Assembly (NCBI RefSeq): GCF_009914755.1
Contig: NC_060929.1
Direction: 5' to 3' (one strand)
DNA from: the human T2T-CHM13v2.0 reference genome, Homo sapiens
Length of the DNA stretch: 64,000 nt
Each line of letters starts with the position of its first letter. Within the stretch, counting starts at the first letter, position 1. A model generated the notes under the pieces. That model had not been told where the DNA came from and searched no databases. It saw only the letters and a program-made list of their open reading frames with translations. The translations under genes were made by a program, and so were the position numbers. Shown piece after piece: positions 39,050-52,314 of this stretch.

Positions 39050-39407
39050 TGTTATGGTTTGGCTGAGACCCCATCCAAATCTTATCTTGAATTGAAGCTC
39101 CCATAATTCCCACTTCTTGTGAGATGAACCTCATTGGAGGTAATTGAATCATGGGGACAAGTTCTCTCCCGTGATGTTCTCATGATAGTGAATAAGTCTC
39201 ATGAGATCTGATAGTTTTATAAATGGGAGCTCCCTTGCACAAGTTGTCTTGCCTGCAGCCATGTAAGAAGTGTTTTTGCTCCTCCTTTACTTCACCATGA
39301 TTGTGAAGCCTCCCCATGTGGAACTGTGGAGTCAATTAAACCTCTTTCCTTTAAAATTCTGAGTCTCAGGTATGTCTTTACTACCAGCATGAGAACAGAC
39401 TAATACA
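39050..39407 (+). mobile_element. THE1 (B/C-like) MaLR solo LTR
   Basis: TGTTATGGTTTGGCTG..CCAAATCTTATCTTGAATTG..GTCTCATGAGATCTGAT..GAGAACAGACTAATACA; perfect 5-bp TSD CAAGC at 39045-39049 and 39408-39412. Confidence 0.92.
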
Positions 39408-39549
39408 CAAGCATTTCAAAAAATATATAGTGAATACACAGCTTTTGACCTTTTGAAATTTTTTTTAAAGAAAATAATTGCATAAGTCAAAGTATGTCAC
39501 ACAGATATTTTGTAGATCGTAAAACAAGTCATAGAAGTGTGCAAGTATT

Positions 39550-39845
39550 GGCTGGGCACGGTGGCTCACTCCTGTAATCCCAGCACTTTGGGAGGCTGAG
39601 GCGGGCGGATCACCAGGTCGGGAGATGGAGACCATCCTGGCTAACACGGTGAAACCCCATCTCTCGCCGGTCGTGGTGGCGGGTGCCTGTACTTCCAGCT
39701 ACTCAGGAGGCTGAGGCAGGAGAATGGCATGAACCTGGGAGGCGGAGCTTGCAGTGAGCCAAGATTGCACCACTGCATTCCAGCCTGGGCAACAGAGCGA
39801 GATTCCGTCTCAAACAAACAAACAAACAAAAAACAACAACAAAAA
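39550..39845 (+). mobile_element. AluY lacking the central A-rich linker
   Basis: Y diagnostics (ATCCTGGCTAACACGGTG, GAATGGCATGAACC, GAGCTTGCAGTGAG); perfect 17-bp TSD AGAAGTGTGCAAGTATT at 39533-39549 and 39846-39862. Confidence 0.93.
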
Positions 39846-40049
39846 AGAAGTGTGCAAGTATTATTATTTATTTATTTTCTCAAAATATTATCATTAATTC
39901 TCTTGGCTTAACTGATATTATAGTTTACTGAAGAAACATCTCTAAATCATATACAAAAAATAACTGTTTTTGGATAATGGGAAAAAAGGTAAATTATAAT
40001 AAAAATATCTGTAGTCCCTCATTCCTAAATTTAATCCTAAATTGTAGCA

Positions 40050-40250
40050 ATAGAAAAGTAGTATAGTGTGGAGAGTATGCGCTGTCCCTGAAGCCAGATA
40101 CTACCATATTTGTATCCTGCATTATCTACTTTATACATATTCTTGTACAAAATAACACTTCATTGATATTTTTCTCATCAGCATAATGGAATTGGAATTT
40201 TAGTAAAGATTGTGGAGAAGCCATGTAAATATATTAATGTTTCTGAATAG
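40050..40250 (+). mobile_element. MIR SINE (decayed)
   Basis: AGTAGTATAGTGTGGAGAGTATGCG..CTGAAGCCAGA..TTTTCTCATCAGCATAATGG..GATTGTGGAGAA. Confidence 0.5.
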
Positions 40251-41289
40251 ATAGAGCTTTTAAGCCAAGAAAGCTTGTATTTGGGATAAAAAACAGCCCT
40301 TGTAAGTTAAATGTTAACAGTATACAGAGTGAAAGAACTTCAGGTAGATGTAGGGGTTTATTTTCCTAGAGTTGTGTTTTTATATTTCCAAAGGGGACAA
40401 ACTCTGAAGTAACCATCCATATTCCAAATTATTTGTTTACATTAGGTGTATCAAGTTTCTCTCCCTATTGAGAGGAGGGTATGTAGCAGTGCCTACATTA
40501 GTGCCCATAGTCATAGTTTTAGGATTTCTCTCCTGTGGTACAGAACTGTTTATTTGAATAGTTGTCACTATCTGGCTTTCACTACATCACCCCATATTAG
40601 GGAGAATGGTGTGTCAGTAACTGATGCTGTTATTGCTGTAAATATTAATAATAATAGTCTGTCTCTGATTGAAGAACTCTATGCTTGCTTCAGGACAATG
40701 TATTTAAATATAGATATTAAAAACTTTCAAGGATTAAATGATATATGTAAAATGTTCAACTTAATAATCATAATAAATTCTAAAAATCATTAGTTATTTT
40801 TAATGATAGCTGTTCAGCACAACTGTTGTCTAAGAGCTTGAATGGGTTTTTAAAATATAACAAGCATGTTGTATGGCTTTTTTGGATTTAAAATCATCTG
40901 CATGCTTTTTAATTCAATTTATAGATCAGAAAATAATCTTGCTGGCATAGATTTATTTAATAGAGTAGAAAACAAATATTTGAAGTATATGCAATTACAT
41001 TGGAAAACTGTGGTAAGTAAGGTATTAAACATAAAATTCCTATTGTGTTAGCAGTCTTGAGACATGTCCCAATATGACAAAATGGGCTTTTAATTTGAGA
41101 ATAGAAAAAAAGCAAAAATAGAATTGCTAGGAATCATATTAAAAATCAAATTTTCCTGCTGGTTTATGATTTTGTATTCTATAAATTCTACTCCTGCTGG
41201 GTGATTAACCAAATTGACTTTTAGACTGAGTCACTAAACAAAACAAAAACCTTATAAATCACCTACTTTTAGTTAGTTATCTTTTTTCT

Positions 41290-41920
41290 TGCAAATCAAC
41301 TTTACTGAGGTATACTTTACCTACTCATAAATAAAATACACCCTTTTGAGGTCTACTATTTCATACGTTTCGACAAACACTTAGCTATTTAAAATATGTT
41401 ATCTCTGTTTTCTCTATATGTTTCATATCATCTCACAAAAGTTCCTTACAACGATTTTCTGGTCCATCCTTCAAACATATTTGTAATACCTACCACCTAC
41501 CCTTCTCCATATTGAACTTTGCAAGGCAACCAATGAACTGCTTCCTGTTACTATAGATTTGTTTGCAATTTTTAGAGTTTATATAGAGATATAATTTTAG
41601 AGATATTAATGGAATCATACAGTATGAATTTTTTGGTCTAACTTCTCTTACTCAGTATAATTATCTTGAAATGCATTGTGACTATCAGTAGTTCATTTTC
41701 TTTGCCAAATAATATTCCACTGCATTGGTATGTCATCATTTATTATATTTTACTGTGTGGATATGCAACATCTCCTCATCACTTTCATGTTGAAGGACAT
41801 TTAGGTTACTTACTTTTTTTCTAGTACAAGTAAAGCTGCTATACATTTATAAATTTATAAATGTAAATATATTTTTGTATAAATTTTTCTGTGGGAATAT
41901 GACTTTGTTTCTCTTTGGTT
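41290..41920 (-). mobile_element. L1MC/MD-type 3' end
   Basis: ACTTTACTGAGGTATACTTTAC..AAATACACCCTTTTGAG..GGCAACCAATGAACTGCTTCCTGTTACTATAG..AATGGAATCATACAGTATG. Confidence 0.7.
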
Positions 41921-42235
41921 GGTTTTGAGTTAATTTTTATACACGGTGAATAATTACATTTTTGAATTTTTAATTATTTATTTGATTTTATAAAAATAAA
42001 TATTAATTATCTAGTAAAAAACTCCAACTTGAAATTAAATTTATTGAGCAGATTACATAGCTATTTCAATATTTATCTCTTATTATCCTAGTAGTCAGGT
42101 TTTCTGTGTTTCTTTTATTCTTTTATTTTCTCTTAGTACATTTTCTTATACATTATTGGTAATTTTTAATTGATAAATAATTTATATTACAAATTTTATG
42201 ATGTTGCTTTCTTATGGAGAAGGTAGACTTTATTC

Positions 42236-42430
42236 AATTTACTGGCATTAGCTCATACTGACTTATGCCAAATGTGTGAATTTCTTCACAAATCTGTGTT
42301 CAGTTATGTCATGTCAGTAGCTTGAAATTAGCCTTATTGGAGTGTTTACATCATGTAAATCTACAACTCTTACAAATCAAGATATTTCTTTTTTAAAGAA
42401 ATAGTTTTTTAAACACTTACCAGTCCCCTA
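42236..42430 (+). mobile_element. MER63-like hAT-Blackjack MITE
   Basis: GCTCATACTGACTT..GTAGCTTGAAATTAGCCTTATTGGAGTGTTTACATCATG..TACAAATCAAG..TAAACACTTACCAG. Confidence 0.65.
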
Positions 42431-42764
42431 ATCACTCTATCCTCTCTTAAGAGAGACTGGTGAAAGCTTACCTTAATTTAAAAAGATACTTTGCTAACTT
42501 GAGTATTCATTGCAGCTGTTTGTGCCAAGTTTAATCTATTTTCAGTTTGCTCCAGGTCTTAAGGGCTAGATGCACTTCTCCTCTTAACACTGTGATAATG
42601 GGGAAATTACACACCTTATTTTTGCAGATTCCTTGCTAATAGGTTGGATATTTTTGTTTGTTCATTTGTTTTTAGTCTTTTTTTAAAAAAATATTGTTCA
42701 CAAATGTATAAAATGTTTCAAGTGAAAAACGGGTAGAGTTTTGCACCTGACTTCCTTACACTCC

Positions 42765-43144
42765 TAAGATGGTTTGAATGTCTGTGTCGTCTAAAAATTC
42801 GTATGTTGAAACCTAATCACCAGTTTGACAATATTAGGAGGTAGAGCTTTTGGGAGGCCATTAAATAGCCCTCAGAGCCCACCAATTCAGAGCCCTCATG
42901 AACTGGATTAGTGCCCCTATTAAAGGGGCCTCAGAGAGCTGCCATTTCTCCTTCCACTATATGAGAGCACAACTAGAAGACACCATTTGTAAACTAGAAA
43001 ATGAGCCCTAATCTGACACCCAACATTATAGGTGCCATGAACTTGGACTTCTCAGCTTCCAGAATTTTGAGAAATAAATTTCTGTTGTTTATAAGCCCCC
43101 CAGTTTATAGTATTTTGTTATAGCAGCTCGAATGGACTCAGATA
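42765..43144 (+). mobile_element. MLT1A0-like solo LTR
   Basis: ATGGTTTGAATGTCTGTGTC..AAATTCGTATGTTGAAACCTAATCACC..GAGAAATAAATTTCTGTTGTTTATAAGCC..GTTATAGCAGC. Confidence 0.82.
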
Positions 43145-43589
43145 CCTCACTGAATTCTCACTAAATTCTAGCTACAGTTCAGGAATTAGAAATGGATCTA
43201 ATTCCAATTTTTGTCTTTCCAACCTTCGGGATTATCAACATTTCTCTACCTTTTAGATGTTGTCCTTTGTCTCATCTTTTGGCAAGATTCACAAATATTG
43301 CAGAATGTTGGTTCACCTCCCTGAAGTTTCTGTCTTTTCAAGATCTGCCTTGGCCACTTGAGCCTTCTTTTTCTTGGTCATTCTCTTAATATATAAATTT
43401 ATGTTTATGTAGATTTTTTATGTGTTCTCTTTATTCTACTATAATTCACTTCATCATAGACATAAATGGAAGTCCTCTTATCTATAATTTTAAGGCAAAT
43501 CTCTTTACTCTGAATATCACCAAGATTACATGGAAATACTCTTAATTAAAAATAAATGTTTTCATAGTTTAAAATACATATATTTTAAA

Positions 43590-43920
43590 TATCCTTGTTG
43601 CTAAATCTATCAGTCAATGCTCAGACTGCCTCTTACTTTTCTTAATACTTGCTTTGGAGCTTTTCATTTCTTTGAAATATTTTCTTCACTTTCATCCCAA
43701 GATAATATCCTTTCCTAGTTTTCTTATCATCTTATTTAACTTTCCACATGAGTGTGATTCTCTAGATTATATTCATCTCTGAAACCTGTGAACATTTATA
43801 TGCTCAAGATGTGGTCTTCAGATCTCCTCTCTTTTCTATCACCAGCAAGCTCTCTCCTTCAGACTTGAGACTTGTGTATTTCAATGTGCACCCTATGTTT
43901 CTACCTTGAAGATCTAACTA
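43590..43920 (+). mobile_element. L2 fragment
   Basis: CCTTGTTGCTAAATCTATCAGTCAATGCTCAG..CTTTGAAATATTTTCTTCACTT. Confidence 0.5.
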
Positions 43921-45540
43921 ATATTCAGTAATTGCTGTCATTTCCTTAACACACAAAATTAGTCTTGAAAGCATTTCTTCTGATTTTACTGATGAATTTT
44001 AACTCACCATAAACTAGGTGCATAAAATTATGTGTAAATGTATTCTGTATGTTATGATGTGTGTCATGTGACAACATATTAAGAAAGTTGCAGCAATACT
44101 GTTAACAAAATAAATATGACCTTATAAAATGTCCTACCCCGTTAATTTTGGTTCATGGTCTTTTGAGTGTATCACTAGGTCTTCGTTATCTCTTCTTAAA
44201 AATTTGTTATAACCCCTTCAAGACAGAAACATGTGTTTTTAAGTATCCAGATTTCCTAATATGTATTTTCTACCAATAAAATATTTCAAAAATAAGTGTT
44301 CACCTCAGTTACCATCTTTCGAAGAAGTTCCATTTGCTTCATTTAATAGTCTACTGATATTTGTCTTAAGCTTTTCTCTCTTAATGTTTATAGGGTTCTC
44401 TAACTCTAGACTGCAAAAATGAACAAGTTCCTGTTAGTACTATCTCTATATTTTTAGATTTTATATGTACAATAATTCCTTCTGGCAACTTTTGCCATTA
44501 AGGTTTGATAGCTACATTAGAAAGATAATGAGTTGAAAAGACAAGAAAATTCCCTGAGCTACCTTTTTTTATATTTAATAGTTAAATCCAGTGCTTACTG
44601 GGGACGTGAGGAAGACAAAGTCATATAAAAAAATCCATATTTATAATGTCTAAATTTTCAGCTAAGAATATTTGTTAACTTTAACAAAATTTTCTGTTTC
44701 AAGAAGTTTTGCTGTTTTTTCCTTAATCTTGCACAATTTATCATCAATGAAACCTGACATCTCATATTATAAATATATAAAATTTATATTTCTTAAGAAT
44801 TTTCCCTAAACTCCGTAACAATAAACTCAATTACCTAGTTCTCTATATTCCTAAATATTAGGGAGGCTTATTACAATCTGTTGGTTTATAATTTAGAAAT
44901 TTATTTTGGTTCCACATGGATAAGAACAACTGGTTTTTATTTTTAAAACTATGACTTTGTTTGCTAGAAATATAGAATCATAGTAGTCTCTTTTCCTGTC
45001 AGAACAGGGGAAATATTTATGTCAAGGCTATGGTTTCCTACCTCTTGTTTTTATTTTCTTAGTGATTTGTAAAATGTTCTGTTGTTAACCAGTCCATCTG
45101 GTTACAGGCCTTTTTTCCTGCTTTACATGTCCTTTTCCAGATCATTGAGATGGAATAAATTGTTTCTAGTTTCTGTGAATACAGATACTCAGACTGAGTT
45201 ATATAAACGGCAATATCCACAAGTGATCATTTCATGCAACTCCCTACTGCTACATAGAATTATGCATAAAGTAGCATAGCAGCACTGTTCTATTTCAAAT
45301 TTTTGAGAAAATACAGCAATACTCTTTTTAATATTTTATCCAAAGCTGTATTTTGTACATGCCTTAGAGAAATCATTTTGATCTTTTTGCTATTTATATA
45401 ACTTTCCAATTTGAATTGTCCAGTTCATGGACCTGGTTTTTTGGTTTGGGGCTTGATGATTATTTCTACATGGCTTTACCTTTGATTTGCACCCCTATGA
45501 GTATTCTAATGTTCCTTGACCAGTGCTGTCTTCAGATTCT

Positions 45541-46115
45541 TGCCCAGGGCCAGACGGATTCACAGCCTAATTCTACCAGACATCCAGAGAAGAATCGGTA
45601 CCAATTCTACTGAAACTATTCCAAAAGATGGAGAAGGAGGATTTTCTCCCTATCTCATTCTATGATTCTGGTATCACTTTTATACTAAAGCCATGAAAGG
45701 ATGTAACAAAAAAAGAAAGCTATAGACTAGTATCTCTGATGAAAATAGATGCAAAATCCTCAACAAAATACTAGCAAACTGAACCCAATAGCACATAAAA
45801 AAAAACATAATTCTCTATGGTCAAGTGGTTTTCATCCCAGGGATGCTGGGATGTTTCAACAAACACAAGTCAATAAATGTGATTCATCACATCAACAGAA
45901 TTAAAAACAAAAACCACAATTATCTGAATAGGTGAAGAAAAAGCATTTAATAAAATCCAGCATCCCTTTACAATAAAAACCTTCAACATACTAGACATAG
46001 AAGAAACATACCTCAAAATAATAAAACCATATATGACAAACCAAGGCTTCACTACAATACAATTCATTTATGTAATCAAAAACAACTTGTGTCTCTAAAG
46101 CTATTGAAATAAAAA
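45541..46115 (+). mobile_element. L1PB/MA1-type element: ORF2 piece fused to extreme 3' end
   Basis: GCCCAGGGCCAGACGGATTCACAGCC...ATATGACAAACC directly followed by CTTCACTACAATACAATTCATTTATGTAATCAAAAACAACTTGTGTCTCTAAAGCTATTGAAATAAAAA. Confidence 0.82.
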
Positions 46116-46119
46116 GAAT

Positions 46120-46665
46120 TCCATTTTGTAGACATATCATATTTTCTGTATCCATTCATTCATTGATGAACCCTTAGTTTGAGCCACTATCTCGGCTATT
46201 GTGAATTGGGCTGTAATAAACATGGGAGTGCAAACATCTCTTCAAAACACTTATATTCTTATTTTTTGACATATACTCAACAGTGAGATTGCTGGATCAT
46301 ATGACAGTTGTACTTTTAGTGTCTTAAGGAATGTTCAGACTGTTTTCCAATATGGCTTTACTACTTTATATTCCCACCAACAGTGAGGGCTCCCCTTTCT
46401 CCACATCCTCACCAGCATCCTTTTTTTTTTTTGTCTTTTTGATAAAAGCCATTTTAACTGGGGTGAGATAATATCTCACTGCCATTTTGATTTGCATTTC
46501 CCAGATGATTAGTGATGCTAAGCATTTTTTAATATACCCATTGGCCATTTGCATGTTATCTTCTAAGAAATGTGTGTTCAGATATTTTGCTCACTTTTAA
46601 ATTGGATCACTTGGCTTTTTGCTATTGAGTTGTTTGAGTTCCTGTTTATTAATCCCTTGGCAGCT
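46120..46665 (-). mobile_element. L1MA-type ORF2 C-terminus / 3' UTR fragment
   Basis: Minus ORF KKCLASLIIWEMQIKMAVRYYLTPVKMAFIKK..AGEDVEKGE = L1 ORF2p C-terminal region. Confidence 0.85.
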
Positions 46666-46854
46666 GACTGTATTTTCTATATCCAATAATTTGTAAGCAA
46701 GAAATACATTTTCTATATGAATATTTATGAGCAAAATATAAGCCTCATTTCTCATTTAGGCATGTTTTTGCAATTTGTGTGTCTGTTGGCCCATCCTTTC
46801 AAGAGTATACTTTAAAAGAAGGAGAAACTATTGATGCCATGTGACCTCTATCAA

Positions 46855-47860
46855 TATTTCATTATGAAAATTTTTCAAATATGGGGAAAATTTTAAAGAC
46901 CATTTCAATAAGTACTCTAACACAGCTTAGATTGTATCATTAAAATATCTGCATTAACACGTCTGTCACTACAATGTGTCTATATTCTTCTAATAATTTC
47001 ATTTTAATTTTGATGTGTTTTAATTAATTCATATAAATCAGAGGCAATTTTTTAAGGTTTTTTATAGTAAAACATACATAGAATTAGATGGATAACTCTT
47101 AAAAATTTATTTTCTGAGCTTTCACAAGTGTATTAATTCATGTAACACTAAAATATACAACATGACAATCACCCAGAAAGAACCCTCATGCCTCTTCACA
47201 GTGTGACATGATATAAGGGGTAAGATTAATTTTATTTTCTGTCACATATGAATACTAAATTATTCCTGTAGTATTTGTTTAAAAGACTTTCCTTTCCCCA
47301 TCAGATTGCCTTGGCATCATTATTTAAAATCAAATAAATATACCATTTGAATCCGTTTCTGGACTCCGTAGCCTCTTCAATTGATCTATGTGTAGATTCT
47401 ATGCCAATACCACATTGTCATTATTATTGAAGCTTTATAGTAAGTCTTGAAATTATATAGTGTATGTTTTTATAATATTGCTTTGGCATTTCTGTAATAT
47501 ATACAATTTAGAATCAACATGTCAATTTCTATTTAAGAAGGCCTACTAGTATGTGACTGGAATTTTGTTAAATCTATTATTATATGTTGGAAAACATATC
47601 TTAACCATATTAAATTTTCCAATCAATGAGCACTCCTATGCACATAATTTATTATCTTTTAAGATCTTCAGTATATTCCGTAGCATTTGGTATAGAGGTC
47701 TTAAACATACTTCTTTATTTTTCTATATGTCTTACCTTTATAGCTTTCTTGTAAAATCCCACTACTAACAGTGAACCTACCATGTATAATTTCAGTCATT
47801 TTAAATGTTTTGAGATTTGTTTATATTCTCCACATAGATTATCTTGATAAACATTCCATA
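46855..47860 (-). mobile_element. Old L1M fragments
   Basis: TTTAAAAGACTTTCCTTTCCCCAT..TTTCTGGACTCCG..ATGCCAATACCACATTGTC..GCTTTATAGTAAGTCTTGAAAT. Confidence 0.65.
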
Positions 47861-48432
47861 TGGTTTTAAAAAGCTAACCAACAAGGTTAAGAAGAATGAA
47901 GATTTGTGATCCATGCTTGAGATTGTGGATCACCTTTGTGACATGTTTTCTAAAGAGATGTAAAGTTTAAAGGTGTACTGAAATGAGTGAAGTACAACTA
48001 AGAATAAGTAAAATAGAAATAATATTAAGCAGCTGTTTCAAAAAATTGGTGATATGAATTATTTATATTGATCTTATATGTTATCATTTCCATTTTTTTT
48101 CTGAAGAATCTATCACTCATTTAACAAACATTTTTAAATATAGATCTATAGTTGTCCATTCATTCCGACCAAATTTTGAAAAACAACTTAACATATGCCT
48201 AACTGTAAATTTCTACAAAGTAAGCTTGTTAAAGTATTGGTGGTGGTTTATAAAAATTAATTGATATAATGACTAACTGAAATATTCCCCTCAACTGAAA
48301 ATCATGGCTTTATGGTTCCAGTATAACACAAAATCTCTAATGTTTGGACTATGGTGGTTAAGAGTTCAAAATAAGAAATAGTTTGACTTACACCAATAGA
48401 AGTTTTTCATTACTTTATTTATTTAAGGAACA

Positions 48433-48820
<388 letters not shown>

Positions 48821-48994
48821 TTATATAGGATCAATGGCTTTATATACTCACCCATGATTATCCTATCTTAGGTTAAATATTCATGCTATATATCTTTCCA
48901 ATTTTCTTTTTATATTCTATGTGCTGGCACCTTAATGTTACATTTTCAGGACTCACGGTTCTTTCTTTGGACCATGTAGTAGTGATAAAATGAA

Positions 48995-49225
48995 AAAATA
49001 AGGTGTCATGATATACATTTAGAAAAGCATTGAATCGAACCCAGAAAAAAAGTCAAATACTAACTTTGGTACTAACCAACATGTGATCTTGGTTCAGATG
49101 CATATTTCATGTATTTTGTTTTTAAAATGGAGGTTAATGGAATGTTCTTAATTGCTTTAAAGATTATATGATGTAATACATGTGAAAGCCTCTAGGTAAA
49201 AAATAATAGAGCATAGTAATCCTTT
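48995..49225 (+). mobile_element. MIR SINE
   Basis: TAGAAAAGCATTGAATC..ACTAACCAACATGTGATCTTGG..TAAAATGGAGGTTAAT..GATGTAATACATGTGAAAGCC. Confidence 0.6.
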
Positions 49226-50649
49226 TCTCGATAAAGATCATATTATTTTAGACTGTTAATATTTGCAGGCTAATTCTGAAATTACATCATTGGGCTAGAT
49301 AATTAATTTATGTGAACATTTTGCAACCCATTGAAATGGATTCTGGCACTGACACATATCATTTCCAGACAAGTAGAGAAACTGAAACTTTCAGAACACA
49401 AGGGTGATGCCTGTTAATTTATTTGTGCTTTGGCCTTTATATATTCACTGTACTAGAGAAATTAATGTTATTCTAATAACTTGAAACAGTAAATGCTTCC
49501 CTCTAAATTGATATGACAGAATTTCTTAAAAGCTGTAAAGCATACCCCGTCTTTTTCATTTTCTTGCCCTTATTCTTAATGACTAGAAATTTATCTATCA
49601 ACATAAATAAAAGAGGACCTTATTGAAAAATACATATATTAGTCTGTATTTTTTAAATTTATGTATTTATTTCTTTCAGTAAGGTCTTTTTTATTATGTA
49701 GGTATGTGTGTGAGTGTATATACATATATATATATGTTGTATGTATATATAATGCATTTGTATATGTATGCAAATACATAGAGGTATTAGTATTAAATAC
49801 GTCCCACAAGAAGAAATTGACTTATTTGAAGAGGTGAGTCATCTTAAGATTTATGCTGTTATAACCTATAAATACCCTTATGTATATAAATTACTGATGA
49901 ACAAAACTTATGTCCATGAATCATCTCTGCTGTTCAGTGAAATTTTTGACATTGTTTAATATATTTATATTTGGGCTAAATATTTCTGCTCTATGTTTTT
50001 CTAGTTTAAAAAAGGAGTATTTTTGTACTAAAAAAGTTATGTATTAGGCCTATACATTTACTGACTTTCAGTAAGACACCAGGACTGATATGTATAAACA
50101 ACACTCATTTGGATCAAAATAATATAAAATATTTCTTAAGGCCAAAAGTCAATGTACTTGATAGAAACAAGCACCCATAATTCAGTGTAAGGATTATTAC
50201 TCTTAAATATATTTGCTGTAGTATAGTCATGACTCCAGTGTACTAAACCTCTGAAAATAATATCTACCTAAATGCCACAGAGGTTGATATTATTTGGATT
50301 ATGCTCTTAAGTAGCTCTGAATATTTTAACTTACTATATTGTTAAAACTGACAAGTAAACTTTTTCTTCTTCCTTTAGTTAACGTAGGTACATGGAAATG
50401 ACAGCAAGGGATAAAACTCCTGAAAAAAAAGAAAAAGCTAGCCCTAAAAGAGTAAGATTTTAAGAAAATCAGCAGCATACAATGGGTGGGATTAACTAAT
50501 TACAGAAATAACACCGATTATTTGTGAGCAAACGTGTGCTTAAATTGTAAACTCCAGTTTTTAGAAGTTCATTAGAATATAGGGAGGAATGTATGTTGTT
50601 ATAAATCTACAGCTGGCGAAGGATCAGGTGCATCATGCTCTGTTTGAAA

Positions 50650-51015
50650 TGACTAATCAAGGTAACGCTAGGTTATGTTGTGATACATTCTCAAATCTCA
50701 TAAGCGTCACATAGTGAAATTCGCATCTTAACATCCCAAATCAGTTGTGAGGTTAACAGCTCTAGCTCTCAAGTGCAGTACTCCAAGCTGTTCTCATATG
50801 TGGTTGTGCCATGTCGTCCTGTGGCCTTTACATTTGCTTCCAAGAAGAAAAAGAAACATGGAGGAGACCTATTCATACCTTTATTATTTCATCCTAAAGC
50901 GACTCATGGCATTTCTACTCACATTTCATTGAAAGAACAAGTTACACAGTTCCAAACTAATTGCAGGAATAGCTCGGTGATGTTAAATAGATATTTAGTG
51001 ATCACTAATATTCTC
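50650..51015 (-). mobile_element. Old MLT1(I/J)-like LTR
   Basis: GCTAGGTTATGTTGTGATAC..CAAATCTCA..CATTTCTACTCACATTTCATTG..AACAAGTTACACAG. Confidence 0.55.
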
Positions 51016-52314
51016 AGACACATATTGTTTATTATGTTACTATTATTGTTGTTGTTATGAAGTGTAGTTTAAAAAAACAAAAACAAAAAATTTCACACTC
51101 ATGAAGCATCCCTCTATTTTCGTTTGTCTCTCATGTAACTTTTCTACTAGGCAAGTTATCACGCATAGGTATGTTTGTCTGATTGGTGGTTCTATTACCA
51201 TTAAAAAATAGTAAGTCAATCTCTTCTGACTTTGGTTAGTATGAATTCTCTCTTAGACACCTATTAACTCACTTGCATACGCTTAATGCCAAAAAAAAAA
51301 AAGTTCAATCTAAGAACCTGAGCCTGTAGTTGAGTAAAACTGCCCTACTACGTGAGACTTTTTAAAATAAAAGCACACATACCCTCAGCGTTTTCTTTCA
51401 TACTTGTCTATAAATTCAACGATATATGATATGGTGTACACAGAATGGTGTTACAGAACCCTCAAAGTCAATGTTTATTAATTATGCATATATTTACAAA
51501 AATTTCTTTGAAAACAATTTCATTCATCTCATCTTGAAAACGTAATTCCACCTAAAACTTAGCATTATTTATTTAGATACAAACAACTGAGGCCCAAACT
51601 TGATTATCCTTACAAATAAGCAAATAATCTGGCCTTAGAAGCCCATTTTTATTACAGCTTGCTAGTAAAATTCCCCAGATTGTTTTCTGGCCTTTTTTTT
51701 CGTGCTTAATATAGAGGTGTATGATTTTCCAGTAGTGAATTTAAAGTCAACAGAAAGCATATAAAATATTCCCAAACATATTAATGTGATGGATGCTTTT
51801 ACAGTAAATGTAAGCTAGTCTTCTTATCATTTAGTTTTTAAAAAAAATTTTAAATGCTTATTAAAGTATATATTAAAGCTGATGCCAGGCATCAGGCAAT
51901 TGTGATAAGTTTTTACAAGTTTAAAATAAAAACCAATGATAAAATCCACTATATATAAGTAGGTAATGAACAATTGTCACTTATTTGTAATTATATTAAA
52001 ATATAATCATTTATATATATAGTCCAGACAGCAATAACAATTTTAGTGCAAAAAGAATATATACAACTAGAAGCTGATCTTGCTTTTCAACGCAACAAAT
52101 TGTTGAAAGAATGCCTGATTGAGAAAAGCTTCTATAGCTAACATAATTGTTGTTCTAGCTCACATTTATTACAAATATATTATGTGTCAGTCAGTATACT
52201 AAAACCTTTCTGAGCATTAGCTTATTTCATATACTAGACTTTCCATATAATAAATGAATAAGAGACAAAATCGCATGCTCACTGCAATGTGTATATTATG
52301 AGCATGTATATTTC

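Noticed and set aside
40446-40793. 115-aa ORF in apparently unique sequence
   Set aside because: Non-ATG start, no recognisable domain, composition typical of random AT-rich ORFs.
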